Both the position numbers and the translations under genes were made by a program. A stretch of DNA of 64,000 nt from Macrostomum hystrix (Eukaryota; Animalia; Platyhelminthes): contig CATNEN010000007.1 in NCBI GenBank assembly GCA_950097015.1, forward strand, positions 7,874,001 through 7,938,000, in the 5' to 3' direction. Every line of letters starts with the position of its first letter. Within the stretch, counting starts at the first letter, position 1. This document shows positions 13,890 to 26,739 of the stretch, one piece after another. Under the pieces are notes generated by a model. It ran no database searches and was not told where the DNA came from. It worked only from the letters and a program-made list of their open reading frames with translations.

Positions 13890-16800
13890 TTATGCCCGCA
13901 CCGGGCGGTGCCTCAAGTCGCTGTCGTTAGCGCTGCGGCCAGCTCCGCTGCCAGCCGGGCCGGCGCCGCCGCCGACGCCGCTTGCGCCAGTGGCCACAGC
14001 AACCGCGGCAGCGTCTTCATTCTCCTGGCTGCGCTTGCGAGCGGCGCGATTCCGTTCATAGAGAATGATGATGAAGGCCAGGATGGTCACTTCGACCAAG
14101 ATGCCAAGGAACGGCCACAGGGCTGCCAGACGATCTGCAAGGTGCGAGCGCGACGCTTCGCTTTGCTAACTAATCAATGTTGTTGAGAAATTGATGCGAG
14201 GAGCTGATTAATGTGAAGAGTTTATTTATGTGAGGAATTGATTGATTGATTGATGCGAGGAATTGATTGATGCGAGGAATTGATTGATGCGAGGAATTGA
14301 TTGATGCGAGGAATTGATTGGACAGGTTGATATGAAAGATAGATTGATGCATGGATAGAGTGATACGATGGATAGATTGATACGATAGATAGATAGATAC
14401 GATAGATAGATTGATACGATGGATAGATTGATACGATGGATAGATTGGTACGATGGATGGATTGGTACGATGGATGGATTGGTACGATGGATGGATTGGT
14501 ACTATGGATGGATTGGTACGATGGATGGATTGATACAATGGATGGATTGGTACGATGGATGGATTGGTACGATGGATGGATTGATACGATGGATAGATTG
14601 GTACGATGGATGGATTGGTAAGATGGATGGATTGGTACGATGGATGGATTGGTACGATGGATGGATTGGTAAGATGGATGGATTGGTACGATGGATGGAT
14701 TGGTACGATGGATGGATTGGTAAGATGGATGGATTGGTACGATGGATGTATTGGTACGGTAGACAGTGATTATTATGGGTGGATCGAAATGATTGACAGA
14801 TTAAAATAATGTATCAATTGATATGATGGAGACAGATTGATGTGATGAATATTTATTGATAACGTTGACAGACAGATAAAAAATTCTGATAGACTATTAC
14901 GTTCGTAGATCGCTATTCAATTCATTCAATCAACTTATAAATCTGCAGGGGTTCAGATTCTGCTTGACCAGTCGTCAACCTCAGTTCAACGAACTCTAAC
15001 GAGCACCGTGAGCTTTAGTTATCCCAGCCCTGTTGATAAGCAATTTTGTCGTCATATTAACCGGGACTCCAGTGCTCACTAGAGCTCAGCCGAAACCAGA
15101 TTTTCGGGAAACGCTACTTTAGATTGCTCAAACCCGGGCCGGCCCACTCAAGTCCTTTTGTAGAGCATGCTCAGCAAGCAGCCAACATACAATCAGGTCA
15201 TCTGACCCGCCTGTTCCAACTTCCTATCCGTCCTGGCATTCCAGTGGGCCAAATTTAGCTAAGCTAGGAAGAGGGAGCGAGAAAGCAAAAGCGAATTGGC
15301 AAATTTGTTGCGTGCCCCCGGCCCTATAAAGCAAGCCCACAGCGGTTTATTAAGCGAAGAGAAAGAGAGAATGAGAAACAGTAACTAAGGCTGGAGAGGA
15401 GGCTGGGCAGCGCGAGAAGTTTTTCAAAAGTGCACCAAGCACGCGGCAATGGGAGAAGCGCCCTGGGTGGCGGGGCTGCCCCCCCATCGCAACCCCCCGG
15501 CCGTGGAAGGCGGAATCCGAGACAGGGAGGGCTGGAGAACCCAGAGCGCCCAGAGCTGAAGTGGGGGCAGAGAGGAAAAGTCCCGGGCGAGTACGCACAG
15601 CGGGTGAGGCGGCCTGATGGGGACAGAGGGAAGCTGAGTTGAAGGTGGAAGGCAGAGAATTGCCAGAACTCTCCCAGTTCCCAGGAGACCAGGCGGCTCT
15701 GAACTCAGTTGGTGGAGAATCGGCCGCTCCCTTGTCCATTGCCGCTCACCCTTGACTCGCAGCTTAATGTAGGCCTGACCGGTGCCCAGCCGGTTCTGGG
15801 CCGTGCAAATGTACAGCCCGGCGTCCGACTTCTCCACCGAGGCGATGGTGAGGCTCCGGTTGTCCGGGCTGAACTTCACGCGGTCGCTGGGCACCAAGTT
15901 GGTCTGGTTGTTCTGCGTGGGAGCGAGAGAGAAAGAGCTGGGAGAGCTGGTGGATTAGCTGGGAAAGGAAAAATATCCTTTACCATGCCATGCTATACGT
16001 TTCGTTCTAGGCATTTTATTCAGGATAAAAGCTTCGCTTTTAAAGGTCTTTTTACTAGACTATAAATAGAATGAACTTTTGTTCTGTACATACGAAAGAT
16101 ATTTAAATCCCAGAAATCCCTTCGGATTTCTGAATGAAAGGTTGGGAGTTCGAATCTCAGTCCAAGGGCTGTCCTTGAGCAAGACACTAAATTCTCTATT
16201 TCTCAGTTCACCCAGCTGTTAAATTTGGGTTGAGATTAGGGTGGGTGCGGCTGCCTCCCCAGTCCTCGGACTGAACAGCCGTACGCAGCCGTATCCAGCT
16301 TCATTTCTATTTATCGATCCCCCTACTCACCTTGGTCCAGGTGATGATTGGATTCGGGAAGGCGATGACGGAGCAGTTCAGCACCATGATCTCGGACTCC
16401 AGGCTGGATTGGTATTCGCGTTCTCCGAAGCTGACAACGGGAGCGGCTGCAGTTGGAATGCGGGACAGAACACAAATCACATTTGTTGAGAGTGGCAAGG
16501 GATGTCAGAGTGGCAAGGGATTTTACAGAGTGGCAAGTGATGTCAGAGTGGCATGGGATGTCAGAGTGGCAAGGGATGTCAGAGTGGCAAGGGATGCCAG
16601 AGTGGCAAGGGATGCCAGAGTGGCAAGGGATGTCAGAGTGGCAAGGGATTTTACAGAGTGGCAAGGGATGTTAGAGAGTGGCTAGGGATGTCAGAGTGTG
16701 GCAAGGGATGTCAGAGAGAGGCGAGGGATGTCAGAGTGTGGCAAGGGATGTCAGAGAGAGGCGAGGGATGTCAGAGTGTTGAGTGAGGATGCCATTGTCG

Positions 16801-19800
16801 AAGATTTTCAGTGTGTTGCCGCTCCAGTAAACTAAATACGAGTAGATAGGAAAACTGTCAAGGCTTCGCTAAGCGTACTTTTAGGAGTATTTTAGTAGCG
16901 ATAGATTGCCGAAACTTGCAATCTATGAGAAGGAAACACCTTCAACCCTTCCCCAGCACAGACGGGCGAGCTTCTGAAAAAGTTCCCGAGGCGATGTTCC
17001 AAAGGGATGAGATAAAGTGCATGCTATTCAGGCCGCTGAAGCTACTTGAACTGACTGCTCAACTGTTGGGCCAGGCAGGCAATCAATAATTATTGGATTA
17101 GATCGCTCGCATAAAGCACGGCCATGAGCTAGCAGGGGCGAGATGGGCAATGCGAATTTCAGCTGCCGGTCAGTCAGCCCCACACGATGCCATGAATTCA
17201 TTTCCCCAGTTTGAATCAAGGTGCTTGCCTACACACCTACTCGCATAACACAATTGCATAGATTTGAAGGCTGTAACAAATTTAAAATAACAATATTTCT
17301 TTCATCCGAGCCAAATCACTTGCCACTTGCCAAAAGGGATTTTATCTCTCTAGGTCACTCTAGACAGCCTTTATACGAAATGGAATCTCCCCTTTCAAGT
17401 CAGCCGCAGCACCCACCAACGAATGGTAATTTATCACATCAGAGGTTAGTCGTGACGCAGAACTACGCATAGGGATTTCAACCCATCCAGCTCAGTCACA
17501 ATGACCACCCACATGGGATTTTAACCCAACCAGCTCAGTCTCAACAACCTCAACCTAAAAAAGGGATTTTTATCCCATCCAGCTCAGTCTCAACAACCTC
17601 AACCTAAAAAGGGATTTTTATCCCATCCAGCTCAGTCTCAACAACCTCAACCTAAAAAGGGATTTTATCCCAACCAGCTCAGGCACAATAACCTCCACTG
17701 AAAAAGGAATTTTAACCCAACCAGCTCAGTCACAATAACCTCCACTGAAAAAGGGATTTTATCCCAACCAGCACAGTCACAATAACCTCCACTGAAAAAG
17801 GGATTTTATCCCAACCAGCACAGTCACAATAACCTCCACTGAAAAAGGGATTTTATCCCATCCAGCTCAGTCTCAACTAACTTAACCTAAAAAGGGATTT
17901 TATCCCACCCAGCTCAGTCTCAACAACCTCAACCTAAAAAGGGATTTTATCCCAACCAGCTCAGTCACAATAACCTCCACTGAAAAAGGGATTTTATCCC
18001 AACCAGCACAGTCACAATAACCTCCACCCAAAAGGGATTTTTATCCCATCCAGCTCAGTCTCAACAACCTCAACCTAAAAAGGGATTTTATCCCAACCAG
18101 CTCAGTCACAATAACCTCCACCCAAAAGGGATTTTTATCCCATCCAGCTCAGTCTCAACAACCTCAACCTAAAAAGGGATTTTATCCCAACCAGCTCAGT
18201 CACAATAACCTCCACTCAAAAAGGGATTTTAACCCATCCAGCTCAGGTATGTCCCCGTACACTGAAAGGAGACTTCGCCCCTTCATTCTACAGGGATCTC
18301 GTGGACTGAAATCTGGACAATTAAATTCTTCAAAGAAAGTAGAAGTAATACAAGTCGGCCACAGATGAGCTGAAACAGGGACTCACACTGAACACTCGGA
18401 TTTCCGACCAGATCGCCAGATGTGCACCGGTACTCGCCAACATTCAGGGCGGCCTTCTCCACTGCGGAAGTAATTAGATGGAGGAGGTGGGGGGCGAGTG
18501 AGCTGCCGAAGTTCAGCAATCAATGTTTACTCAAGGTAGGACTGCTGCAACAGCATGTGCAACAGACTGCAACAGTAATTAGGTTTAATAAGTGCTCGTA
18601 CCTTGGCTCAGCTGTCTCATTCATTCGCTCTAGACAGCTGACTGAGAGATAATAAAAAATGATAAATTGTCATAGAAAAAAACAACACTGGCGTGAAGTC
18701 ATGCCAAAAATCTCGCATTTCAATGTTTAACTGCATTTTTCGAATTTGCATATTCTAGAAAATTCCAATCAATGCTCTTTGAGGTTGAAATTCAAATAGT
18801 CACGCAAACTGAATTCACTGGAAGGAAACGAGACTTTAGTGCAAATCAGACGCAAATCAATACAGAAATGTCCCATTTACTAAAGGGGTAAGAATTCTCG
18901 GAGAAGCCTACATGTAGGATAAGGAGGTAATACTGAGTAAGAGGTGAGACAGGTGGAGTAAGAGGTGAGACAGGTAGAGTAAGAGGTGAGACAGGTGGAG
19001 TAAGAGGTGAGACAGGTGGAGTAAGAGGTAAGACAGGTGGAGTAAGAGGTGAGACAGGTAGAGTAAGAGGTGAGACAGGTGGAGTAAGAGGTGAGACAGG
19101 TGGAGTAAGAGGTGAGACAGGTAGAGTAAGAGGTGAGACAGGTAGAGTAAGAGGTGAGACAGGTGGAGTAAGAGGTGAGACAGGTAGAGTAAGAGGTGAG
19201 ACAGGTAGAGTAAGAGGTGAGACAGGTAGAGTAAGAGGTGAGACAGGTGGAGTAAGAGGTGAGACAGGTGGAGTAAGAGGTGAGACTAAGAGGTGAGACA
19301 GGTGGAGTAAAAGGTGAGACAGGCAGAGTAAGACTTGAGACAGAGCTATTGGTGAGAAAGGTTGAGTATGAAATGGCGCCTCACCAACGTTGGTAAAGGT
19401 GAGCTGGCCTACAACCCGCATGGTGTCCAGCGTGCCAGTCTTTGGCTTTCGCACCGGCAGAGCGCCAGTGTCGGCGGCAATTTCGGAGCCGTTTAGCCAG
19501 AGCCAGGTGAAGCTGGTCTGGCTGTTGCCGCTGGCCACCGCGCAGGACATGAACGGGTGAGGGGCTTTGTCCGTGAACTTCAGCTGCTCGATGGTGGCCT
19601 TTGAACCGGTGGCTTCAACGTCGACAACTTTCTTGACAGACTCAGTTTGCAGGGTGGCATTGATGATGGTCACTGGTCACAATGAGCAGCGGATAAATTT
19701 GAGTACTTATTCAGAGACAAACAAAAAATGAAGCAATAAAATAAATCGCAGACAAGCTTAACGAGGAGGTGATTTAACCAAATGGGATGACAGCGGGCGA

Positions 19801-20767
19801 ACAAATCCTTTGTGAAATGGCGTCACTTAAGTTCGTGATCCCGCAACCAAAGTCATAGAAAAATGATCTGAATCTTGATCGTAGAATTCATGACTAAATG
19901 CTTTCCTTACATTCGCAAATTCTTCAGCGAATTTTTTAAAACATTCTATTATAATATTCAAAGCAAAAGAAAGCCAGAAAGGGAATCAAAATCAACAGAA
20001 TCTCAAACATGATCCGAATTTAAAAAACTTAACTATAAATCAGCTTGCAGTAGAAATTCAAACATATTAATGCAATCAAATCTGAAGAATTACTCAATAA
20101 ACATAGGTTTCTTTGGAAACCATAATTGGAGACAATAAGTAGAGGAAGTGGTAGGTTCACTAAAACTCATAGAATCACTACAATAAAATTATTTGTAATA
20201 CCTGATACATGGTCTTGTAGTGGAAATTTTAAGCCAACTTATATGTAGATGTACTTATAATAATTCATCATCTAAACGATATAACTAAGATAGTTACCAT
20301 GTACTTGTATATATATCTATTTTTATATATTTAGTTAATTATAATAATTTATGGCTATTTGACAGCCAAGAAACACACAGTTTTCTCCTTAAGTTCTACA
20401 CTTCTTGCTAAGCTACAATTAAAAGGAAAAAAAGTTTAACAGCAACAAAAAACTGTTAGAAAATAAAATAAAATCGCGTTAGGACATGATTAATTATATA
20501 AAGAAATGAGTTCTATTTCTCTTAAAATACTTGCTAATAATATCGATACCATTCATAAAAGAAGAAATTTGATTTTAATTAAATGAATTGATAAACAAAT
20601 TTCGAAACCAATTTGCTTTTACTCTGCAATCAGCATCTTTGAGAAAATCAGGAAATCAGATATAAGATCTTGAATGCAGATTTTTCATGTAAATGCATTG
20701 AATTAAAATACTTACTTTGTGCATATGCAGAGGAAAAAAGGAAGACAATAAAATATATTTGTTTCAT
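13890..20767 (-). CDS. BSG: Basigin/neuroplastin (CD147)-family 2-Ig membrane protein, 6 exons, ~312 aa
   Basis: Exons 20767-20716 (signal peptide MKQIYFIVFLFSSAYAQ, least certain), 19672-19385, 18461-18387, 16446-16331, 15912-15750, 14134-13890; phases consistent. Two Ig domains (C..W..GEYRC; C..W..DAGLYIC). TM DRLAALWPFLGILVEVTILAFIIILYE has the diagnostic intramembrane Glu. Confidence 0.9.
14190..14760. repeat. Intronic minisatellite, ~17-bp unit gatggatggattggtac
   Basis: Tandem copies visible; grades from a related gatgcgaggaattgatt unit. Confidence 0.9.
16135..16295 (+). mobile_element. Second copy of the CORE-like SINE
   Basis: gttcgaatc B-box, gtccttgagcaagacact and ggactgaacagccgtacgcagcc are shared with 3900-4170. 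Confidence 0.7.
16488..16780. repeat. 18-bp minisatellite gtcagagtggcaagggat
   Basis: Tandem copies in a basigin intron. Confidence 0.9.
17470..18246. repeat. ~47-bp minisatellite
   Basis: Unit aaaaagggattttatcccaaccagctcagtcacaataacctccactg with alternating variants. Confidence 0.9.
18934..19340. repeat. 21-bp minisatellite gagtaagaggtgagacaggtg
   Basis: Tandem copies in a basigin intron; source of the artefactual (PPVSPLT)n ORF tail. Confidence 0.9.
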
Positions 20768-22864
20768 ACTCGACAACCCGTTGACAGAGAAGGTAGATTT
20801 TCTAAAAGTAGAAAGTTTTTTCTTTCTTGTGGTGAAAATGGAACGTTAAAATGAGAATCCACAAAGTAGGACCCGTCGATAGTTTTTTGAAAGTTAACTG
20901 ACCGAGAATGTACAGTTCAAACTTTGAATGAAGATCGATCACGAAAATAAAAAACAACGTTCAAACTTAGCAAGAAAGCCTCGCAGTTAAGCGTTAAACA
21001 AAAATAAAAGAATAAGAAGTAAAGGAGGACAAGAAAAGTTAAATAAACTTTTGGCAAATAATTTTTTAAAGAATTTATCTTTTAAACATTTATAATAAAA
21101 TGTTTAAGGAGTACATTCTATTATAGATATAATTTATTTTTAAATGAATCATTTAAACGCTCTGCATATGTCTAATAGTATATGCAGTCGTTTAAATTTA
21201 AGTCACTTCTTCTTTTATTTCTTCTCATCTTTCTTCTCATCTCTTACTTAAAAACCTTTGAAATTTTTGTTAATCTAAATTATTTGAATATTGAGTATAA
21301 ATATTTAATGAAGAAGCCTGACTGATTCTAGTGAATTGCACACATCAAATCTTAAACGTGTTGCAATCTTCTAGGATAAAGATGCACTGAAGCGCCTTTT
21401 TCAGCAAAACTCACACTACTCGGGGTTTATTTGAGGAACAAAATCACAAATTTCATTCGAATACAGTTTTATTTCGATTATCCTTAAGAACTTCAACCGC
21501 AAAGCTAGAACTTATTCTCAAAATGAATTGAAATTAGCACAGATACTATAATAACTGTTATTATAGTATCTGTGGAAACTAGCTATAAATATAATTGATT
21601 TGACGAAGTACATTGTCAGATTCGTTCCCCTTGTTGCGAGGCTGCGAGAATTTCGCAAATGCATTCATTTCTGTCTTCTCTCTTCGTTTCAAAAACTTTC
21701 TGAAAAAAATAATGGCCGAAAAAGAGAAATGGATACACAATGTACTAGTACATATTCATTTTTCACATTCGAGTAAATATGCGGCCACATCGCATATTTG
21801 AGGATTAAGATTAATCGCAAAATCTCGAAAAACATGAAAAGCCTTTCGCCAAAATATAAATCTCTTATCATAAAGATTTGCTCTACTTCGCTCGCATCCA
21901 TCTGATGATTTGCAATAGTCTCGTTAAAAGGGGCTTCAATCTACTGAATCTACTCTGATCTGCCTACGTTGGTCGGTCGGTCAGATTTAAGCCTCTAGCT
22001 CAAGCGGCCGATGCACGCGCTAATCAACTAGATGGACACACGGTCGACGTACTTTTGCAGTCGACCAATTTTAGAGGCCAGAAAAAATCGAAAAGCTTCA
22101 GAAGCGCCAACTTGCGACTGGGATTGAGTTGACTTCAAGCAGTCCACAGCTGCTCGTATAAGCTCTAATTGCTGTCGCATTGCGGCCCTGCAGGAGCGAT
22201 GAGAAGTGACTGAATTCCTTATCGATATTTTTCGTATCATTTACTTACGGCGGGTCATTTGGCTTCTCAGTTAGCTATAACCTGCTTGGATTGAATGGAC
22301 AAGTGCTAAATGAAGCAATCGCTTTTAGGAAAAATTATTGATCAGACACGTGAAATTACTTAAGTTTTGACGATTGCTTTGCAAAGAATTTTAAATAAAA
22401 GTTTGATTCAACGCTTCCAGTTTTTTTCCGTTTTAATTTCAAATCGCTTTGGTTGTCTTGTATGAACTTGGGACCCACACTGACTCCATGTCTGGTGACG
22501 TAGCTATGGCTGAGAGTTAGAGAAACGAACCAGACCATAACAGTAATTATTTCACAGTAGAAAAATCACGCTATTCCCCCCTGAATTTTTGCTCTTATCA
22601 CGTGTCTCTAAAATTGACCTAAAACAATAAGAGCATTGATGCATGCAGCTTGCTGCTGCATGCGTACTGTCAGCACAGAAATGACTTTCAAGCATGCGTT
22701 ATTGACTCGTGATAGTGGTATTCATGAGCTTTACAAGTTTTACGTGTACTCAAACGATATGCTCAAATGATGCTATTATTGATATATTTTTTAATTCGAA
22801 CAATAAACATGCTGGCTGGACAACGGTCGCTTGAGACTGCTCAGAATGTCAGCTGCCCATGGCT

Positions 22865-25431
22865 TTAAGAGCGCCAGAGTCGACGCACAGTTCGGTTTGT
22901 GAGGGCCTGGCATGACTGGGAGATGTCCAGCAGCATGCCGGCGATGCCAGCAACGGCCACCAGGATGCCGATCAAGGCAATGGCCAAGCGCCACGAGTTC
23001 AGCTTGTCAAAGATGTGACCTGCAGCAAACGTAACAATAGTTGCGATCCTTTGTAATAAGGTCCGTTGTCAACGGTCCCTCGCTTTTGGGACACAATTCA
23101 GCTATAACAATGAAGCATTGAAGTTCTTTTGCTGACTCACCTAGCAGGATGGGCAGGCAGAGCATCCAGCCCCCGTGCATGATGCTGTAGCTGGCGAAGG
23201 CGGACCGGTAATTGTGAAGACCCAGCTGGCTGATGGCCAGCGGATGCATGTCAGCGACTACCACACCGCCAAACAGGCCGCAGGCCAGCGTGAAGAACAG
23301 CAGACCGCCGTAACTCGGCGTCAGGAGCAGAATGAACCATAAGACGCTCTGACAGAGGAGGGCGATCCAAACGAGGCGCAGGTGAGACATGAGCTGCTTG
23401 TCGGTGATGAATCCGACAAGCAGACGGGACACCAGATCCGGGATTCCCTGCAGCAGCAGGAACATACTGGTAGTAGTGCTGTCGAGTCCGATTTCGCGAC
23501 CGTGCAGCGGGACAATGTAGAATGTGAGCGTCAGGCCGCACAGGCCCACGGTGAGAACGGTGCCTATCGCGTAGTAGACGGGGAGGCTATACAGGCTGCA
23601 AGCTGCTGTGAGCTTTGACTGCGGTTTCGACTTTGGCTTCGTATCATTGGCTGCGGCATCCATCTCATCGGGCGATCCCAGCGTCAGTAGCTGCTGCTCC
23701 GAATCTTGATTGTCTTCGCTGTTGATTTTGCCAATTTCCACATGATTTCCATGTGACATATTGGAATCCATATCGGGGTATTTTTGCCTAGAGTCAGTCA
23801 AATCTTTGACACTGCCAGATAGATAAATGTTTAGTGCAGCTCCGTTGTTCTCATCCTCATCATCGTCAGACTCTACAAACGGCATGCTGTCATCGAGGCT
23901 GGCACCGAATGCCGGCCCAGGCGGCGGCTTCGGGTCAGGCTGCGGCTCTGGCTCCGACTCCGGTCGCGCCCCAGGCTGCGGCTGAGGCAGCTCTGCAGGC
24001 GCCGGTGGTTTGGGCCGCATCAAACAGGCCGCTGCGCACACGTGCAAGGCGATGCCGCCCCACAGCAGCATGGCGCCGCGGAATGTGTAAGTGATCATCA
24101 AGTATGTCAGGAGTGGCGGCATCAGGAAGGAACCGATTGGTCCACCAGAGAATGCAATGCCGTTGGCGCGGCTGCGGTAGCGATCGAAGTACTGATTGAG
24201 AAGCAGAACGGCCGGGTGCTGGCTGGCCGAGAGACCCAGGCCCAGCAGCACAGCCGTGCCAGATGACAGAGCCGTAGGCGTGGGCAAGAAATAGGCCATG
24301 CTGAGGCCACCGCAGGTGAGCAGACCGCCGATGAAGATTAGAATCCTGCAGCTCACCAGCCTGGTCAGTGCGATGAATACCATGCCTGGCGAATGCAGCG
24401 AGAGTTAAATTGAGGAGGTGTCTATACTACTACTCATTATTCAATTCGCAATGGCTCGCTTTCACAGTTTATAGCTCTACGTTAAGAATAAAATAAATTT
24501 AAACAAGCGAGTAGAACCGCAAGGTTGATACTTACTAAACACAGTGAGTGTAACGTAGGTGATGCTGAATATGAGCGAGGAATCGCGTTTTTTTAAAGAA
24601 AACTCCTGTGATGCGCTGTTGACTAGGATGCCTAAGCAGCGTACGGAGCCCAGGATCACTATGTTGATAATGCAAACACCTGAAAGTATTGAAATTAGGC
24701 ATTTTAAGTGCAGCATTAGGTTCCCGTTCTCAAGTGTTTGTCTGCGGACTACTAAAGTAGACTACAAAAGAACTACTTAAGTGGCTAGCTAGTGGTCCTT
24801 GCATCAAGCTAGCACACGATTGTAGGTCAACCCTCTTGTAGGCCAAGTTAGAGGAGGGGGTTGCTTGGCTAGAGGATTGGGGTGGTTGGCTAGAGGAGTG
24901 GGGTGGTTGGCTAGAGGAGTGGGGTAGTTGGCTAGAGGAGTGGGGTAGTTGGCTAGAGGAGTGGGGTAGTTGGCTAGAGGAGTGGGGTGGTTGGCTAGAG
25001 GAGTGGGGTGGTTGGCTAGAGGAGTGGGGTGGTTGGCTAGAGGACTGGGGTGGTTGGCTAGAGGAGTGGGGTGGTTGGCTAGAGGACTGGGGTGGTTGGC
25101 TAGAGGAGTGGGGTAGTTGGCTAATGGAGTGGGGTGGTTATAGAGGAGTGGGGTGGTTGGCTAGAGGAGTGGGGTGGTTGGCTAGAGGAGTGGGGTGGTT
25201 GGCTAGAGGAGTGCGGTGATTTAAGAGAACTTAATGGAGTTCCAGAGAACTTAATGGAGTTAATGACAGAAAAAAGCGAAACGATGTGAGCTCTACGTTT
25301 CTGCAAGAGTCTGTCACTCCACCACATTTCCCACAATGGTTCCTTAACTTACCGACCGCGATGACCCAGGCCCAGCCGCGGTCGACACTCGGGTCGGGAG
25401 GCGCTGTTTTCACTGCAGCGGCGGTCTTCAT
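22865..25431 (-). CDS. SLC16 monocarboxylate transporter (MFS), 4 exons, ~540 aa
   Basis: Exons 25431-25353, 24679-24536, 24385-23141, 23019-22865 (all phase 1). N-terminal DRGWAWVIA signature, YFDRYRSRANGIAFSG, large acidic central loop, TM8 DLVSR pair, TM12 in the last exon ending ...RRLWRS*. Confidence 0.92.
24867..25212. repeat. 21-bp minisatellite ggctagaggagtggggtggtt
   Basis: Tandem copies in MCT intron 1. Confidence 0.9.
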
Positions 25432-26739
25432 GAGCTTAAGCTTCTGCAGTCCGATCTGCCAAAGCGTTGCAGCCGGTTATGAGGTTAAAACGCTTTCAGG
25501 CAATCGCCTCGCACGCAGCCGAATGCCCTGCCTTCTTCTCCTTCCGCTATCCGCCCCCTCGCCTCGGCTCTCATTGGACGGAAGCCTTCTCCATTTCACT
25601 CCTCTCTACTTATCTACTGCAGCAGAGTCTCTATTGTGCAACGTACAAGATGGCACCCCACAGAGAGGCTGGGCGGTGGCGGGCCTCAGTCTTGGCATGA
25701 GAGCTCCCACCCCATCTCCATGTCTATAATTAGACTATCATCGCTTCATAAGAAGGTTGAATCTCTTGTCTAATGCTGAAAAATGTGGGGTGCTTTGGTT
25801 CTTTACAATCGTCAACAATGGATTGTTTTGCCAATAAGGGCCTTACCAATAAGAACGGCATTAGAGTGAAAACCTCATTCTTTTGCGGTATTGGAGAGGC
25901 GCACCTAGTCTGGGAATGCGCCGCTGCCAGCCAGTGTTTGCACTGCAATACAATCGGATGCTTGACAACTGTTAAATATATGACTTCGGTGAGTTGGGCT
26001 TTTGTAGCTAAGACTTCCAGGTGCAGTCGTACGATAAGATAACGAAAACGGCTAGCACACAATACTTCTACAACCATGCTTGCTAAGCTGCAACTTTTTT
26101 CATTAAACGACTGCCCGAAAAAAACAGGGCGTTGGGTACTACCCGAGAAACAATTTTTTTCCTTTTTCGTTAACCCGGAGGATTCAATCGAGATACTTGG
26201 TGCTTGTTATAATGTGGCTGGTCCGTTCAAAATAGTTTAAGCCCTTTTGCTGGCCTGTGGGAACGTCGCCGTTTAACTGTGATTACAGACTGCATTGACA
26301 TGCACTTAGGCCTATAGCGACTTGATACATGTATTTCTCGATGCTTGATACTTCTCCTTTTAGGTTGCACACCGTATAATTACCAGTAATTCTCAGCTCA
26401 ACAAGGTCATGAACAGGTAGCGTAATTGAACTGAAGCGCGGCTATGCGGCATGAGCTAGGGAGTCATAAATATCCCAGTTGAAAGCAGCATAATAAATAC
26501 ACTATCCAGCTGCTGTTTTGCATGTTATTTTCATACTGTCTACCTCCTTCCTTTTGCCTATGGCCGTTAGGCCGTCACTTTAAAAAAAGTCTCGCACGGG
26601 AAACTGATATCGCCAGTCTACTTTCTACTCGTATGAAAATAGCTAGTAGTATGTCATGGACATATAATATGGCTAGCAAATGAGTCAGCCAACAGCAACA
26701 GGAAAATACGTCAGAGCAGAGCTAGAGCTAGAGATGGCT

